A stretch of 62,860 bases of DNA, filler included, from Choristocarpus tenellus KU-1152 (lineage: Eukaryota > Protista > Phaeophyceae), in assembly GCA_964200185.2 (NCBI GenBank). It is 11 parts of 11 records of this genome, joined end to end, with 100 filler letters (N's around TTAATTAATTAA, not from the genome) between each part and the next. Parts side by side here need not be neighbours in the genome. Positions count along the whole stretch, not along the records: positions 29,438 to 40,304 come from CAXNAD020002660.1; positions 40,405 to 43,061 come from CAXNAD020025906.1; positions 43,162 to 54,733 come from CAXNAD020002241.1; 8 more parts are not named here. One strand, written 5' to 3'. The notes under the pieces are model-generated. The model was not told where the DNA came from. It worked only from the letters and a program-made list of their open reading frames with translations, and made no database searches. The translations under genes were made by a program, and so were the position numbers. Below are positions 37,069-49,086 of the stretch, in pieces. Numbering within the stretch: position 1 is the first letter of the stretch; every line of letters begins with the position of its first letter.

Positions 37069-40014
37069 GGTTGCCACGGAGTCCGCAGTTCGAACAGTTG
37101 ATCAAACGTCAACACCAGAGTCTGTCAAGTGAAAAGCAAAAATGAGGAGTGGAAGAGGAGATGGTAGAGCTGCGGATGTTCTTCTTCTCCCCCCTTGACT
37201 TTCAATGTTTTCACTCTTGAATCAAGAAGTCCGATGAAAGCCTGCACTGTAATGCACTAAAGGGGTTGTGTTACACCAGTAGACGTCCAAAAGGCAAAGG
37301 CCGCCACTCCGTTTGTCGGGAAACCCCCATGAGAATGACCTCAAATATAGGTCATCATATTATACCAAAATATTCAAATTGAAATTGACTTCCACTTTCA
37401 CGATACAGAATTTCATACTAAGATTTAATCCACAAAAAAATTGTCCGGCGGATCAATTTGTACATCTAAACACATCATACTTCCAACTATTTTATATACA
37501 TACTATTAATACTACTGCGATTATACCCCCCTCGACCCAGACCTTTCAAGACGTACTGGAATACAAGTATTTTAATAGGAGTAAGTCACCCTCTATTCTA
37601 CCACAAAATAATTAGGAAAAAAAGAAGGCTGAACTGGCATCTCCAACTTATTTTTTGATTATTGATTGATTGGATATGAGATGTAAGGGACAACGAAGGG
37701 ACACCACCAGAGTGGAACATCTGTAATCTATATATTCTTTCTGGATAACCCTCTATAATAATTCATCTTTTTTTTTGTTATTGATTGGACCTCCATCCTC
37801 TTGTTGTGAAAGTCTTGGTTGATTCTTCTTCTGTAAGAGATCCTCTTGAGTGATACTCTTGAGTGATCCTTCTTTGTTACGTGTTGGGTGTTGGTTGTGT
37901 TGTTAGTTTGTTGTTCCAATTGATCGGTGTAGGGTTTAGACCAACCTGAATATAGTATATTCTTAGAGCTCAAGACAAACTAAATATAATTTGAGTGTTC
38001 TATTCTTGTTTGAGTCCAGATTTGTTCATACACATCTATCTCTAGCGCGCATGCGCGCGCACATTTTGTGGCATTAGTTGGGATCTTTCCTCCATTATCC
38101 TTAAGAATTCGTGGTTTCGTTTCCCTGACCTCTTCCTCCTTATTTCTGTATTTGACACCATAAACCTGTGGCTTCATGCAGTTCCCACCCAAATTCAGAT
38201 GTTCAAGTTATTGATACTGACGTTACCAGCAAGGAAGGGTCAAAGTGTTGGGTAAACCAGGGAGAAAGACAAATCAGCGTGAAGGAGTACGCTGAGGGTT
38301 TAATGTCAGACAAAACCTGTAAGAACAAAGAAGAAGAAAGGAGAGTCTAAGAAATTGACGGCTGAGATGATGTTGTCAACATCAAGCTTCCTTCATAGGG
38401 ATCAACTCAATCCTGGCAGGTTGGCAAGAAAGGGTGGGGGCGGAAGAGTAAAAAACAAGCCCTCACTGCCCTCCTAAGACTAGAATCAAGAGGAACAAAG
38501 AGGAATGAGTGGACTGAGCATATTTACAATACTCCAGTTCAGAGGGGAAGGTTTGTCCTACCAGTTTCATTAATCTATCCTGGAATTGGCAACAAGTCAA
38601 TGTACTGAGGTTCAGGAAGACACTTGGGAAGTGGCATATGCTTTTGCCACATCAGTGGTAATCGAGTGTAATGCCGAAGAATTCAATCTGCAAAGCCAGA
38701 TGTATGTTGACGAAGGCCATAAAACATTATTTTACACCACTACCAGGGGCAGTAGGCACCACATGTGACAGGTCTCGACTTATCCCCCAATACTGTTTAT
38801 CTTGTGCTCAAGATGACAACATTGTTTGCTTGAACACTTTACAGAATTCCGTGCCTTCTGGTGTTGCCTTAGGGTCCATCTAACAGGTGAATTCCCTCAG
38901 TCTGTGAGTGCAGACGATGATGAAGCTACCTTGGAGAAAAGGTGTTTCGGACTGGTGACGTTGGTGTATCTTCAAGGGGAATTATTGGGAGCCCCCGTCG
39001 AATTTCGTTTTAAATAATACAGGGATATGTCTTGGTTTAAGGGTGTTGCTCAGCAGCAACAGCAGGATTTTTTTCTTCCCCTTTCCTTCTGTACAGTGGG
39101 TTGGTGTATGGCAGCACATGTCGGGTGCCTAACAAGGATGTGGATGTGTGCGCTTGTACAACGTGGGGGGAGCAAGCTTCCCTTTCGTGATGAATAAGCA
39201 GGTAACACTTTTGACTTTGTTGAAGTGTTACTTTGATTGAAGGTTGGTACTACCACCCCCCTAATTATTATGTATGATCCAAGGTTGGGGCACAGAGTCG
39301 ACAACAAATGCAAGAACCAGTAGCAGGCCAGGCTAGTAAGAATGCTTTTGTGTATCCTTTTTGTCAAAAGAGATGTATGCTTCGTCAGTTGAAACTATTC
39401 TACCGTTCTGGGACTGACCTATTCTAAGTGATCTGCTGTCATTCCTCACCATTGCTCAGTTTCTCTTGAAACAATTCAGAGAATCTGACCTAGTCCACGC
39501 AACAAAGGTGAGATTGGGATGGAAAGGGATTGAAACATATACTGTCTGAGATCAGATCGAGTGTGTGCAGAATACCATTTGAATTTTATAGTAATATGTA
39601 ACGGAAAGTATGGGGAACAATGATTCGTAAATTTGGAGGTTATTAATAGACACAAATTCAATTAATTTCAGACTGAAGTTAACATGTTCGAGAAGTTTTC
39701 CACATCCTGGTGGAGTTTTCTGGAAACAATATACTTTGAAGTAAGAACTTCTTGCTAGTGATTCTTTCTAGAAACAACAGGTACTAAACCAAGCCCCAAC
39801 ATACATAATAATACTCCCGTTCGGAATTAAATGTAACATAGATTTTGTAGCCCCAACGAAGAGCATTTTTTTTTACATGCTTATATTTAAGAGGTGTATT
39901 GTGCTGACATTAAAAGGTTGGCCATCAAAATTTAAAGTAAAATTGGGCAGCCTACTTCTATCTATAATTCCGCCCCCCTGAAGCCTTCCAAAACTCCATA
40001 CCAGCAAAGTGTTT

Positions 40015-40176
40015 GAGTGAAGTATCTTAGAGGACACGGGTTCCATTTACCTGTATAGATTTTAGGTAATTGTGTTCAAACAGAAAACTGAAAAGGGGCA
40101 CAAAAAAAACGTAGGAAGTGAAGCAACTAAGGTACAAACAGGGCAAAACTTCTACCCTCTTAAATATTTTGGGTTC
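40015..40176 (-). mobile_element. Short MITE of the family A/variant group
   Basis: GAGTGAAGTATCTTAGAGG ... TACCCTCTTAAATATTTTGGGTTC; body matches the first half of 15233-15477 in reverse complement. Confidence 0.72.
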
Positions 40177-40404
40177 CACCCACCTCACCCCAAAGGCCAG
40201 GGCACCCCTTCCTCCCACAACCCAACCCACCCCACCCCCCCCCCCCCAAAAAAAAATGGGGGCCCCCCCCCCCCCTCTTTTTTTTTCCCCGGGGGGTCCC
40301 CCCCNNNNNNNNNNNNNNNNNNNNNNNNNNNNNNNNNNNNNNNNNNNNTTAATTAATTAANNNNNNNNNNNNNNNNNNNNNNNNNNNNNNNNNNNNNNNN
40401 NNNN

Positions 40405-42662
40405 ACAACCCTGGATACATCCATCATCCCCATGTGCGTCGAAGGGCTACGGACAATTTGGACGACACTCCTAGATACATCCTCCCTCCACATGCTAGAA
40501 AGCAGACTAGAGAAATCCAGGAGATGGGGGGTGAATGTGACGATAATGGGATCACCTGGATTGAAGGTGGACTACGTGATGGTGAACTTATGGAGGAGAT
40601 GGTGGAAAACATTTTTAATGACGAAAATGATGCTGATGACAATGGGATGGATCAAACCCAGGACAATCAATGTGAAAGAGAACTACCACGACTCAGCATT
40701 GGAAATGGTGAAGACAACATCCTACCCTATAGCATCAGATCAGGCAATACTTCCACCAAAGCTGCTGTTTTTAATATGTCCAATTTTTTATGACTTGTAA
40801 GAGCAGCACGTAGCTCTCCCGAATGTGATTTATGGGATCGAGCTAGAGCTGAAGAGATGTCTGGTTTGTTGTTGAATAAGGTTTGGGTAGAGGCTGTATT
40901 ACCCCCTGGACGCAGAGCTATAGACACGAAATGAATTCACAAACGTAAAATAAACAAATTTGGTGAGGTAGTTAGACACAAGGCGCGTTTGGTGGCAAAA
41001 GGTTTTCGACAGATTGAGGGTTTAGATTATCAAGATACCTTTGCACCAACACCGTCCCCTGCATCTTTGAGAATGGTTTTAGCTTTAGCTGCAGACAAGG
41101 ATTGGGAATTGAAACATTGGGATGTTAAACAAGCACTTATACAAGCAGATATCAATGAAGAGATTTTTGTTCGTTTATGTGATGGATGTGGCATATGGTC
41201 TGGAAAGATTGTGCGTTTGATCAAGGCACTTTATGGCACCAAACAAGCAAGCAGAGAGTTCAATAATCTGTTGGTGCACGTTTTGGAAAAATATGGTTCT
41301 GAGCAATGTAGAGCAGACCCTTGTGCGTTACGCTATGTAAGAGATGATGTTTGTGCTGTGATAGCCCCCCACGTAGATGATCTATTGGTAGCTGGTAAAA
41401 TTGATGTTTTGATTTGGGTTCGCTCTAGGATTAAAGAGCAGTTTTCCATAGAAGATTTTGGTGATACTGAGTATTATGTGGGTTGTGAGATTTCACGTGA
41501 CAGAAATGCACATACTGTTACCATCAGTCAGACTAGGTACATTAAGAGTGTTTGTCATAGATTTGGTATGGATGGGGCAAAGAAAAGGTCGGTACCCCAT
41601 AATCTCTCAAGGGCTCTAGATAAGAGTGAGAATCATCCAAGTGTTGATGAAATAACACCGTACAGAGAGGCAGTTGGTAGTTTGATGTGGGCATCTGTTA
41701 TGACTAGGCTTGACATTGCAAATGCAGTTTGGAGGTTGCCAAGTACAGTAGCAATCCCAAAGTCACACATTGGTGTGCAGTGAAATGTATTTTAGCATAT
41801 TTGAATACGTGTCCCAGTGTTGGATTGAGTTTTGGTGGTTTTGATACTGAGTGTGAGTTGAGTGCGTATGCTGATGCTAGCTATGCTGGAGACTGGAATA
41901 ATCGTAGGTCAGTGACTGGAGGAGCAATTATGTTTGCAGGAGGAGCAATATCTTGGACGTCAAAGGTACAAAGAGTTGTAGCTGTCTTCCACAGAGAGTG
42001 AATACATAGCACTTAGTAGTGTAGCACAGGAATTACTTTTCTTGAGGAGTGTTTCCGAGTTTATTCAGCCACAGTTTCCTAGGCGTTGCATTGATTTGTT
42101 TGAGGATAATGATTGTGCATGCAAACTAGTACGAAATGCCACAAGCTCTACTAGAACAAAGCACATAGATGTCCGACATCATTTTTTAAGGGATTTATCT
42201 AGAAAGGAGAGATTCGTGTTGTTTTTGTTGGTACAGCAAACCAGAGGGCAGCAGATGTATTGACCAAGAATTCGCCAGTTCAAGTTTTTAGACAACATGT
42301 GAAGTTTTTGATGAACATGTGACACAACATTTGTGTTTGATTTGATTTGATTTTTTTTTTGTGTTATGATTGTTTGAGAGTTAATACTTGTTTTCAGCAA
42401 GGGGAGGATGTCGAATAACCTAGTGTTATCCTTACATTGTTTGTGCTGACACAAGTATACAACATAGGTTATACATACGTTTATATTTGGTTAGGTATGA
42501 TACAGAATATGTACGTATATAAAATATAATAAGTCAACATTAATCCACACGTCAGTGATTATGGATGGTTGACAGGCAATTAATAATTCAGTGTGTGCTT
42601 TACCACGTAATTCAACAGCTAGCTTCCAGCGACGAGCCTCATGTGCGTCAAACTTCTCAACA
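40405..42662 (+). mobile_element. Ty1/copia LTR retrotransposon 3' half (degenerate RT and RNase H, PPT, 3' LTR)
   Basis: KARLVAKGFRQIEGLDYQDTFAPT, DVKQAL, KALYGTKQA, HVDD, YREAVGSLMW, AYADASYA..RRSVTG, RTKHIDVRHHF; stops and frameshifts; PPT AAGGGGAGGA at 42399-42408. Confidence 0.96.
42409..42662 (+). repeat. Copia 3' LTR (TGTCGA...TCAACA)
   Basis: Begins directly after the PPT; ends defined by homology to the solo LTR at 46807-47085. Confidence 0.88.
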
Positions 42663-42934
42663 TATTCTACAATGCAACCCAACCAGCGGCTTTGGGCAAC
42701 GGGCCTTACATGCGCTTAGCTTTCCAACAGATGAAGATGCAGGTGAATGTTCCTCTAGCTCGGACAGTGGTGGGACTTGGGAACGGGATCTTTGATTTTA
42801 ATTCCTTTTAGCGCACCCTACACACTGCGCTGGTGCTAGATTTACAGATATATGGATACCCTGCTCCTTAGCTGTCTGGTGGAGGAATGTTTTCACCAGC
42901 ATGGTTCAGAATGCGACGAAAAATCGTTGATGTA

Positions 42935-43061
42935 GAGTCAAAGTATCTGAGAGGGTAGAGCCGCGTCCATTTGGGGGATAAAATTCAATGTTTCAATTTT
43001 GATGTAATTTTGGCTATCGTATTTGTTAGGAGGTGTCAATATCCTTGCTCCAGACACACCT
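42935..43061 (-). mobile_element. MITE family A, truncated by contig end
   Basis: GAGTCAAAGTATCTGAGAGGGTAGAGCCGCGTCCATTTGGGGG... Confidence 0.9.
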
Positions 43062-44430
43062 NNNNNNNNNNNNNNNNNNNNNNNNNNNNNNNNNNNNNNN
43101 NNNNNTTAATTAATTAANNNNNNNNNNNNNNNNNNNNNNNNNNNNNNNNNNNNNNNNNNNNTTGATGGATAATTTTAATTCCCCTTTTCTGGTTTTTGAC
43201 CCAAAATGGAAACCCTGATTTAAACCCCCCCCCCCCCCCAGATACTTTGGGTCATATCTCTATATAATTTGAAATTAAAGCTGAATTTTGCATATTTTGT
43301 TATGAGACGCCCTGCTAGCTTGCCATGATGAGATATGTAGCTCCAACCCACAAGCTTGTGGAGGGAATATGAGGCTTGTAGAGGGCTCCCATAAAGCAAA
43401 TGTCGTCAAATATGCTGGATCTCTCACTTCGATTATTCACTTCATTGTTTCCAAATGAGTATAAATGGGACTGAACAATCATGTGGATGGCCTTATAATG
43501 ACAAAATAATAATAAATAGTCAAGTACAAATGTAAAATCTAGGACTTCAAGGTCATGATGGTGCTGCTGACGAAATCACCATTAGGGCACATCGCCTGTG
43601 ACAATTCCTTAATATATCCTTAGAATGCGACCTTGGGCACCTCTCATTTACATTGACTCTCTAACAAGCTATAGCGAACCCGAAGTTGCTGTTGTGGTGT
43701 GGAGTCTTCCTGGCCTGGATAATAGTACTGGGGGTGAATCTAGAGAATTGCAGCTGGATTCATGGGCTACAATGGTTGAGACGTGTCAAGAATATGTTTT
43801 TTTTATTTTTCCAAAAAAAGATCAGATAAGAAACAATCAGTTGATGGAAGAGAAGTTTGTATTCTGAAGAGTGGGAAATTACTATGGGTTAATGAATTAG
43901 ATTATGTAATAGTTCAGGAATATGGAACATTGTAGTGAGTGTTCTGTGATTAGTGATTAGTGATCCACAGAATAGTATTAATTTAGTGAGAAGGGTACTA
44001 CCCTTTGGCCTTGAAGATCTCCTCCACCTTTCTCCCTCCTTACTTCATCTGTATCATGTCAGCTCAGCAAGGAATTAACCAAATCATTTATATATTATCG
44101 TATTTGGAAACATCTTCATCAACAGGATGTCAAGGAGAGCTAAAAGTTCCCTTGTTTTGATAAGTCCAGAGACGCCATCTAGTCTTTCTACCTAATCGAA
44201 GCACGCCTCATGATGATGGGCTGTGCACAAGAACTCTATGGTCCATATCAATGAAGTGTGGATGGGGCTTTTTGGACTGCATACAAGTTCGAGAAGGAAA
44301 TTGCAGTGCAATGCTTCAGCATTCACCGGAGTGGACACCCAGAGGGCAGGAGGTGCAAGTTCTCTCCAAGAAAATCCTGTGGAAACTATGGGTGACATTG
44401 AATCTGAATGGGACAGGAACTCAAATGTAA

Positions 44431-44689
44431 GAGTCAAAGTTTCTTAGAGGGTAGAGCCGCGTCCATTTGGGGCCAAAATCCAATGTTGCGATTTCGATAT
44501 AATTTTGACTATTATGTTTGTTAGGAACTGTCAATATCCTTGTTCAGTACACACCTTTCATAACGTATACATTTTATTGACTCCAAAACATTTCGGAGTA
44601 GGTCAAATGTCATAAAAAAAACCCGTGGGAAACCAAGCACATAACGGACAAACAGGGCAAAACTTGTACCCTCTAAGATACTTTCACTC
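44431..44689 (-). mobile_element. MITE family A, complete
   Basis: Both TIRs present; flanks GTAA/ATAA. Confidence 0.93.
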
Positions 44690-45136
44690 ATAAGTCCGGC
44701 CACAGGCAGATCACCATGGGAGTTCAGTGGGGGGGAACAGGAGGATGTCTGCTGTTGCAGGACCTGTTGGTCGAAGAATTGAACCAACGGGTGATGATGG
44801 GATGAGCAAGCCACTCGAACAACGGGGGGCCTTCGTCCTAGGCATCCCTATAAACACCTCTTTGACATTTTGTTGAGGTTTTGAAATATCCCTAGTGTAA
44901 CGTCTAACATGAATCCCTGGAAAAGAGTACTTTAATAGCTCTTCTATCTAAAGTCAGTCTGCATACAACATCACAGCTGTCACTTGACTACTGTGGGTAT
45001 GCACTAATATGCACAAGACAAATTGGGGACAAACTCAAACTAAATAATTTGGAAGAACAATAAATACAAGGGAAGACAGTCACAAAGAGAAACATTCTGT
45101 TTCACCAAAATAAGAGCCAACAAATACTTCTAAACT

Positions 45137-46299
45137 TTACAACCTTTCATTCATGTCATCTTGGTTTGACAAAGGAGGACTTGCTGCCGATACCATATGC
45201 GCTCCGTTTTTTTCCCCTCTTCTGGGAGGTCTTCTTGTCTTCTCCCTGGCTCGAACGGTAAGGGGGCATTCGTCAAGTTCATGACCTATCCCTGTACATC
45301 TTGTGCATCTTCCTCCTTGGTTTTCGTCCTCTCCTAATCTTGTTGAGGCACTGGTGTGCCGACCCCCGTCTAAGTCAGGGCAGTCATTCTTTGTGTGGCC
45401 ATCTTTGCCACACATGAAACAGACTATGTGCCCCTTTCCGCACCCCTTCCTGCCTGTGGTACCCTTTCCCGCAGTTGCAACCAAAGCATGACCGCTCCCA
45501 GTGGGCTTGCCCATGTTGATCGCTTGCAGGTCCTTGTACCTCGCAACCACCATGTCTAAACTTCTTTTATTGTCTTGGTTTCCCCGAAATCGACAAAGCT
45601 CTTGACTTGGGAGTAGTTCTCCCCAAGCTTGTTAAGAATTGTTTCTTCTGCGATGACCTCGCCCATGGATTCCAGCCTAATTGTCAGCCTGGATAATTCA
45701 GTAAGTCCTGGCGAAGGGTCCTTTCTATCATCGATGATCAGGCGGTCAAGCTCCTGATGCATGCTCCTCGCCTCCTGGCAGGTCTTGGGTATAAACACCC
45801 CATCAAGCGCTCACCACCCTGAACTTGGAGAGACCCAGGTGCGGTAAACACATGTAGAACACGGTCTTGCAGCACGATCAGCATGAGCTGTCGCGCTTTC
45901 TTCATCCGTATAGTGGCCAGTTGAAGGTCGATGTTGCTGGCCATAACAGGAACAGGTGATGGTGAAGCTCTTGTCACATGGTCTCCCTCGTCACTGGATG
46001 GACTTGATGATTTGACGTCCACTGCCCAGATGAAGGTCGACGTTGCTGGCCATAACAGGAACAGGTGATAGTAAAGCTCTTGTCACATGGTCTCCCTCGT
46101 CACTGGATGAACTTGATGATTTGACGTCCACTGCCCAGATGGGTCCCCCACAGATGATGTCTGGGCCATGTAGAGCGGTTTCGTAGTCATGGACACACAG
46201 TGTGGCCTGGGCCCTCACCGCAAAAGTGTAAAAGTCTTCACCCAACTTTCCAGCAAATGTTGGTAGTGTTATGATCTTTGTGGTGTTGGGGGCAGACAT
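45137..46299 (-). pseudogene. Copia-type gag relic with zinc knuckles and a 109-bp internal tandem duplication (45922-46141)
   Basis: LPTFAGKLGEDFYTF N-terminus; CFMCGKDGHTKNDC and CTRCTGIGHELDEC (CX2CX4HX4C); frameshifts. Confidence 0.85.
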
Positions 46300-46377
46300 C
46301 TCGTATACTATAATTGCCTACTACTAGCCTCGTAGATCAGCACAACATCCCAGGAACAATCGGTCTGCTACATAGCG

Positions 46378-46626
46378 TGTTGAAATATTCCACACTGAAC
46401 CCGCGGCTTTGGTGCTTTGATGAAGGACAATGAATAGCTTAATGTAGATATGCAATATTAGTGTTACAAGAGGCTTATGGTCTCGATTCCGCTTACTGAA
46501 TAGGTGGGTGAAACAAGCCTAGAGTATCATAACCATTCCTATAGTGTGGGATTTGCAATCGTCCACACTATTTTACTATGAATCGCTTATTTACTTGTCT
46601 TAAGTATGGTAACTGTATCTTGAACA
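46378..46626 (-). repeat. Probable 5' LTR of the gag-bearing element
   Basis: Minus strand TGTTCAAGA...TTTCAACA termini ending ~80 bp upstream of the gag ATG; no second copy to confirm. Confidence 0.5.
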
Positions 46627-46806
46627 TAACACTCATATCAATTGGCACTATGAGTCAGGACATATGATATATCTTTCACTGGGTCTCCATCCTATTACCT
46701 AATCCACCGGTGGTGTCTATATGTATCAGCAGCACTATCTACGAACAACCTGAACATGAAGGCGTTCCTATACACTACAATATTCCACAAATCTCCACTA
46801 TCACTT

Positions 46807-47085
46807 TGTTGAAAAGCTTGGCGCACGTAAGGCTCGTCGCCGGAAGCTAGCAGTTGAATTACATGGTAAAGCACACACTGAATTATTAATTGTCTGCAGG
46901 GTATTGTCCACTTGATGCTATTGTCCCATTATACCATTTGTAATGTCCCATTGACCCACCATAACATACCGCTGTGTACGTTACTACCTTGTATTGTACT
47001 AAACTAAAGATCAACGTACATATAAGCTAAGTTTTTTACTTGGATCAGCACAGGTAACGTAAGGATAACACTAGGTTATTCGACA
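46807..47085 (-). mobile_element. Copia solo LTR with 5-bp TSD CACTT
   Basis: Both ends homologous to 42409-42662; TG...CA termini; CACTT at 46802-46806 and 47086-47090. Confidence 0.92.
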
Positions 47086-47187
47086 CACTTCCCTCCCTAA
47101 TATTATCACTAGTGTAAGAAGTAATTTTGTGGAATTAAAAAAATGAAGAATTGACTTTCATCGAAACAAGGGAGTGCGATATCTGAG

Positions 47188-47685
47188 ATGGCGGATGCGG
47201 GAGCGATGCACCTCAAGAAGGAGCTGAAGACGCTTGCCGAGAAGCCTCCTCCTGGCGTCTGCGCATGGTCTGTGGGGGTCAGTCTCCACCACCTCCAAGT
47301 ACGTAAGGATCAAATTCCGACAAGGGACGAGCAACTTTAACCCTCCTCCCCAAGATTGCTAAATCTCGATATAGATGCAATCCAGATGAACCTATGCACC
47401 ACACTTTACCTTACACCTAATACATTTCGTGGTTACGTATACATGGCACGGAAGCGTTATTGTTGTACTTGTTGTTCTCATCGCTAAGCTTTGGATCACC
47501 GATGTGTGATGTTCTCTTTGTTTTGACTGTGATGAATTTTTCTCCCTTAGCAGAAATTGTACCCTGCTTATACTGACCATGAGATAGAAAATCTACTTCG
47601 CTGCATGCGATACAGAGATTGAGGATCCAGAGGACATGCCCTACCAAAGGGGCACGTCTCTCCTAGATCTGGAGATCCCTGACAG
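47188..47685 (+). pseudogene. Ubiquitin-conjugating enzyme E2 (UBE2T-like) 5' fragment, exons 47188-47302 and 47616-47685
   Basis: Spliced MADAGAMHLKKELKTLAEKPPPGVCAWSVGVSLHHLQVQIEDPEDMPYQRGTSLLDLEIPDR follows the UBC pattern RLxKEL...PPPG..W...I.GP..TPY.GG.F.L...IP.RYP; conserved residues are substituted and no downstream HPN/catalytic-Cys exon was found. Confidence 0.8.
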
Positions 47686-47800
47686 GTGACATAGCAGGAG
47701 TGGGACCTGGGATAACGGGTTGCAAGAAACATATTTTCTACAACCCTTTTATGATTCTGTCGAGTCCAAGAGCAGTCCAAAGGTTAGGGTAGGGTTGGTG

Positions 47801-49086
47801 TTATGGGAGAAAAGTCCACATACTTTCCAGTCCTATACCTAGGATAGTGCAGCGATTGATGCCCTCCGTGGCACCCATATTTGGCATATTTGGGATTGGG
47901 ACTGTCAACGCAGAGTGCAGTGGCAAGTGTGGCGTTTCCGCCATTGTTAGGACCCGGCCCATGGTTGCCACATTTACGTATGCTTTCGTCGGCTCATCAA
48001 TGAGTTGCTTCTCCTTCTTAATCTCCCTTGGGCCTTCCTTCGCAGCATACACTGTTAGCACTGCCTGAAGGGCCTTCAGCACGTATGCAGAGATATTGTA
48101 GTCGCTCTTTCCTGACGTCAAGATTAAGCGAACAGTCTCTCCAGTTTCCATGCTATCATTCCATTAAATTGGTATAATAGGGGCTGAGAAGGGACTCCAT
48201 CTTCTCCTACACCCCAAAGGTGTGAAAAGTCGTCTCTGAATAACCTGTTGTGTTGATTTATCGTAACTGTAAAGAAACTAACGAAGGGGGGAGATATTGA
48301 TCGACAAATAGTTTGGTCTATACAAAATCTTGAGAGCAGACTATAAGATGGTCCAACGAAAAGTGTCCAGTAAAAAATGCCAGGTGTATTTTTGCTGGAG
48401 ATTTTCAATTTTCCTCTACCAACTTTTCTCCGTTCTAAAATCGAGGGGCCTAACAATTCGATTAACTCTATATAATACTCAGTTACTTCATTATACTAAA
48501 ACTCAAAAAACCCATAGTAATTCTACACCACACAAGAAAATGATACAAGATGAAGAATCGAGCGAAATCAGTTTGAATATATTCTGTTTGGTATAAAGGA
48601 GTCTAAGGAAAACGCGACCAACGAGGATAGCGACATACATGACAACACACATTGTTGACAATATGAATGTAATAACCAATAGGTAATTTTGCTGTCCACA
48701 ACATCTTTTACAGAAGTCTATCACTCAGTCAAGTCGCCACAACAAGTCGTCGATTGACCATATATGTATTTAGTAACTATATTCTTAGGTTACAGATGAT
48801 CATCGAGTTGCAGTCGGTGATGTGGAACGAACAGCACTCATGATACACCACAAAAAATACGTCATACTGTCATATTCTCATAGTACATTTCTTATTGGGA
48901 GAATCAAAATGAAGAAATCACACCAAACTATTGTGGGTAAATTAATTTTAGTTTACAAAAAGCTCACTCGTCGAAAACATAGGCATACTTACCTGACGGG
49001 GGCTTGCCAGTGGTCAAGATGACTGGTGACCGCAGGGGGAGCAGGCTCTTGCACTTGGTCTGAAAAACCATGGAGTGCTGTAATCC
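47801..49086 (-). CDS. Two in-phase exons (49086-48993, 48111-~47840) of an unidentified protein
   Basis: CTGCAG acceptor, GTAAGT donor and GTCAG acceptor give GLQHSMVFQTKCKSLLPLRSPVILTTGKPPS-G-KSDYNISAYVLKALQAVLTVYAA... Confidence 0.4.
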
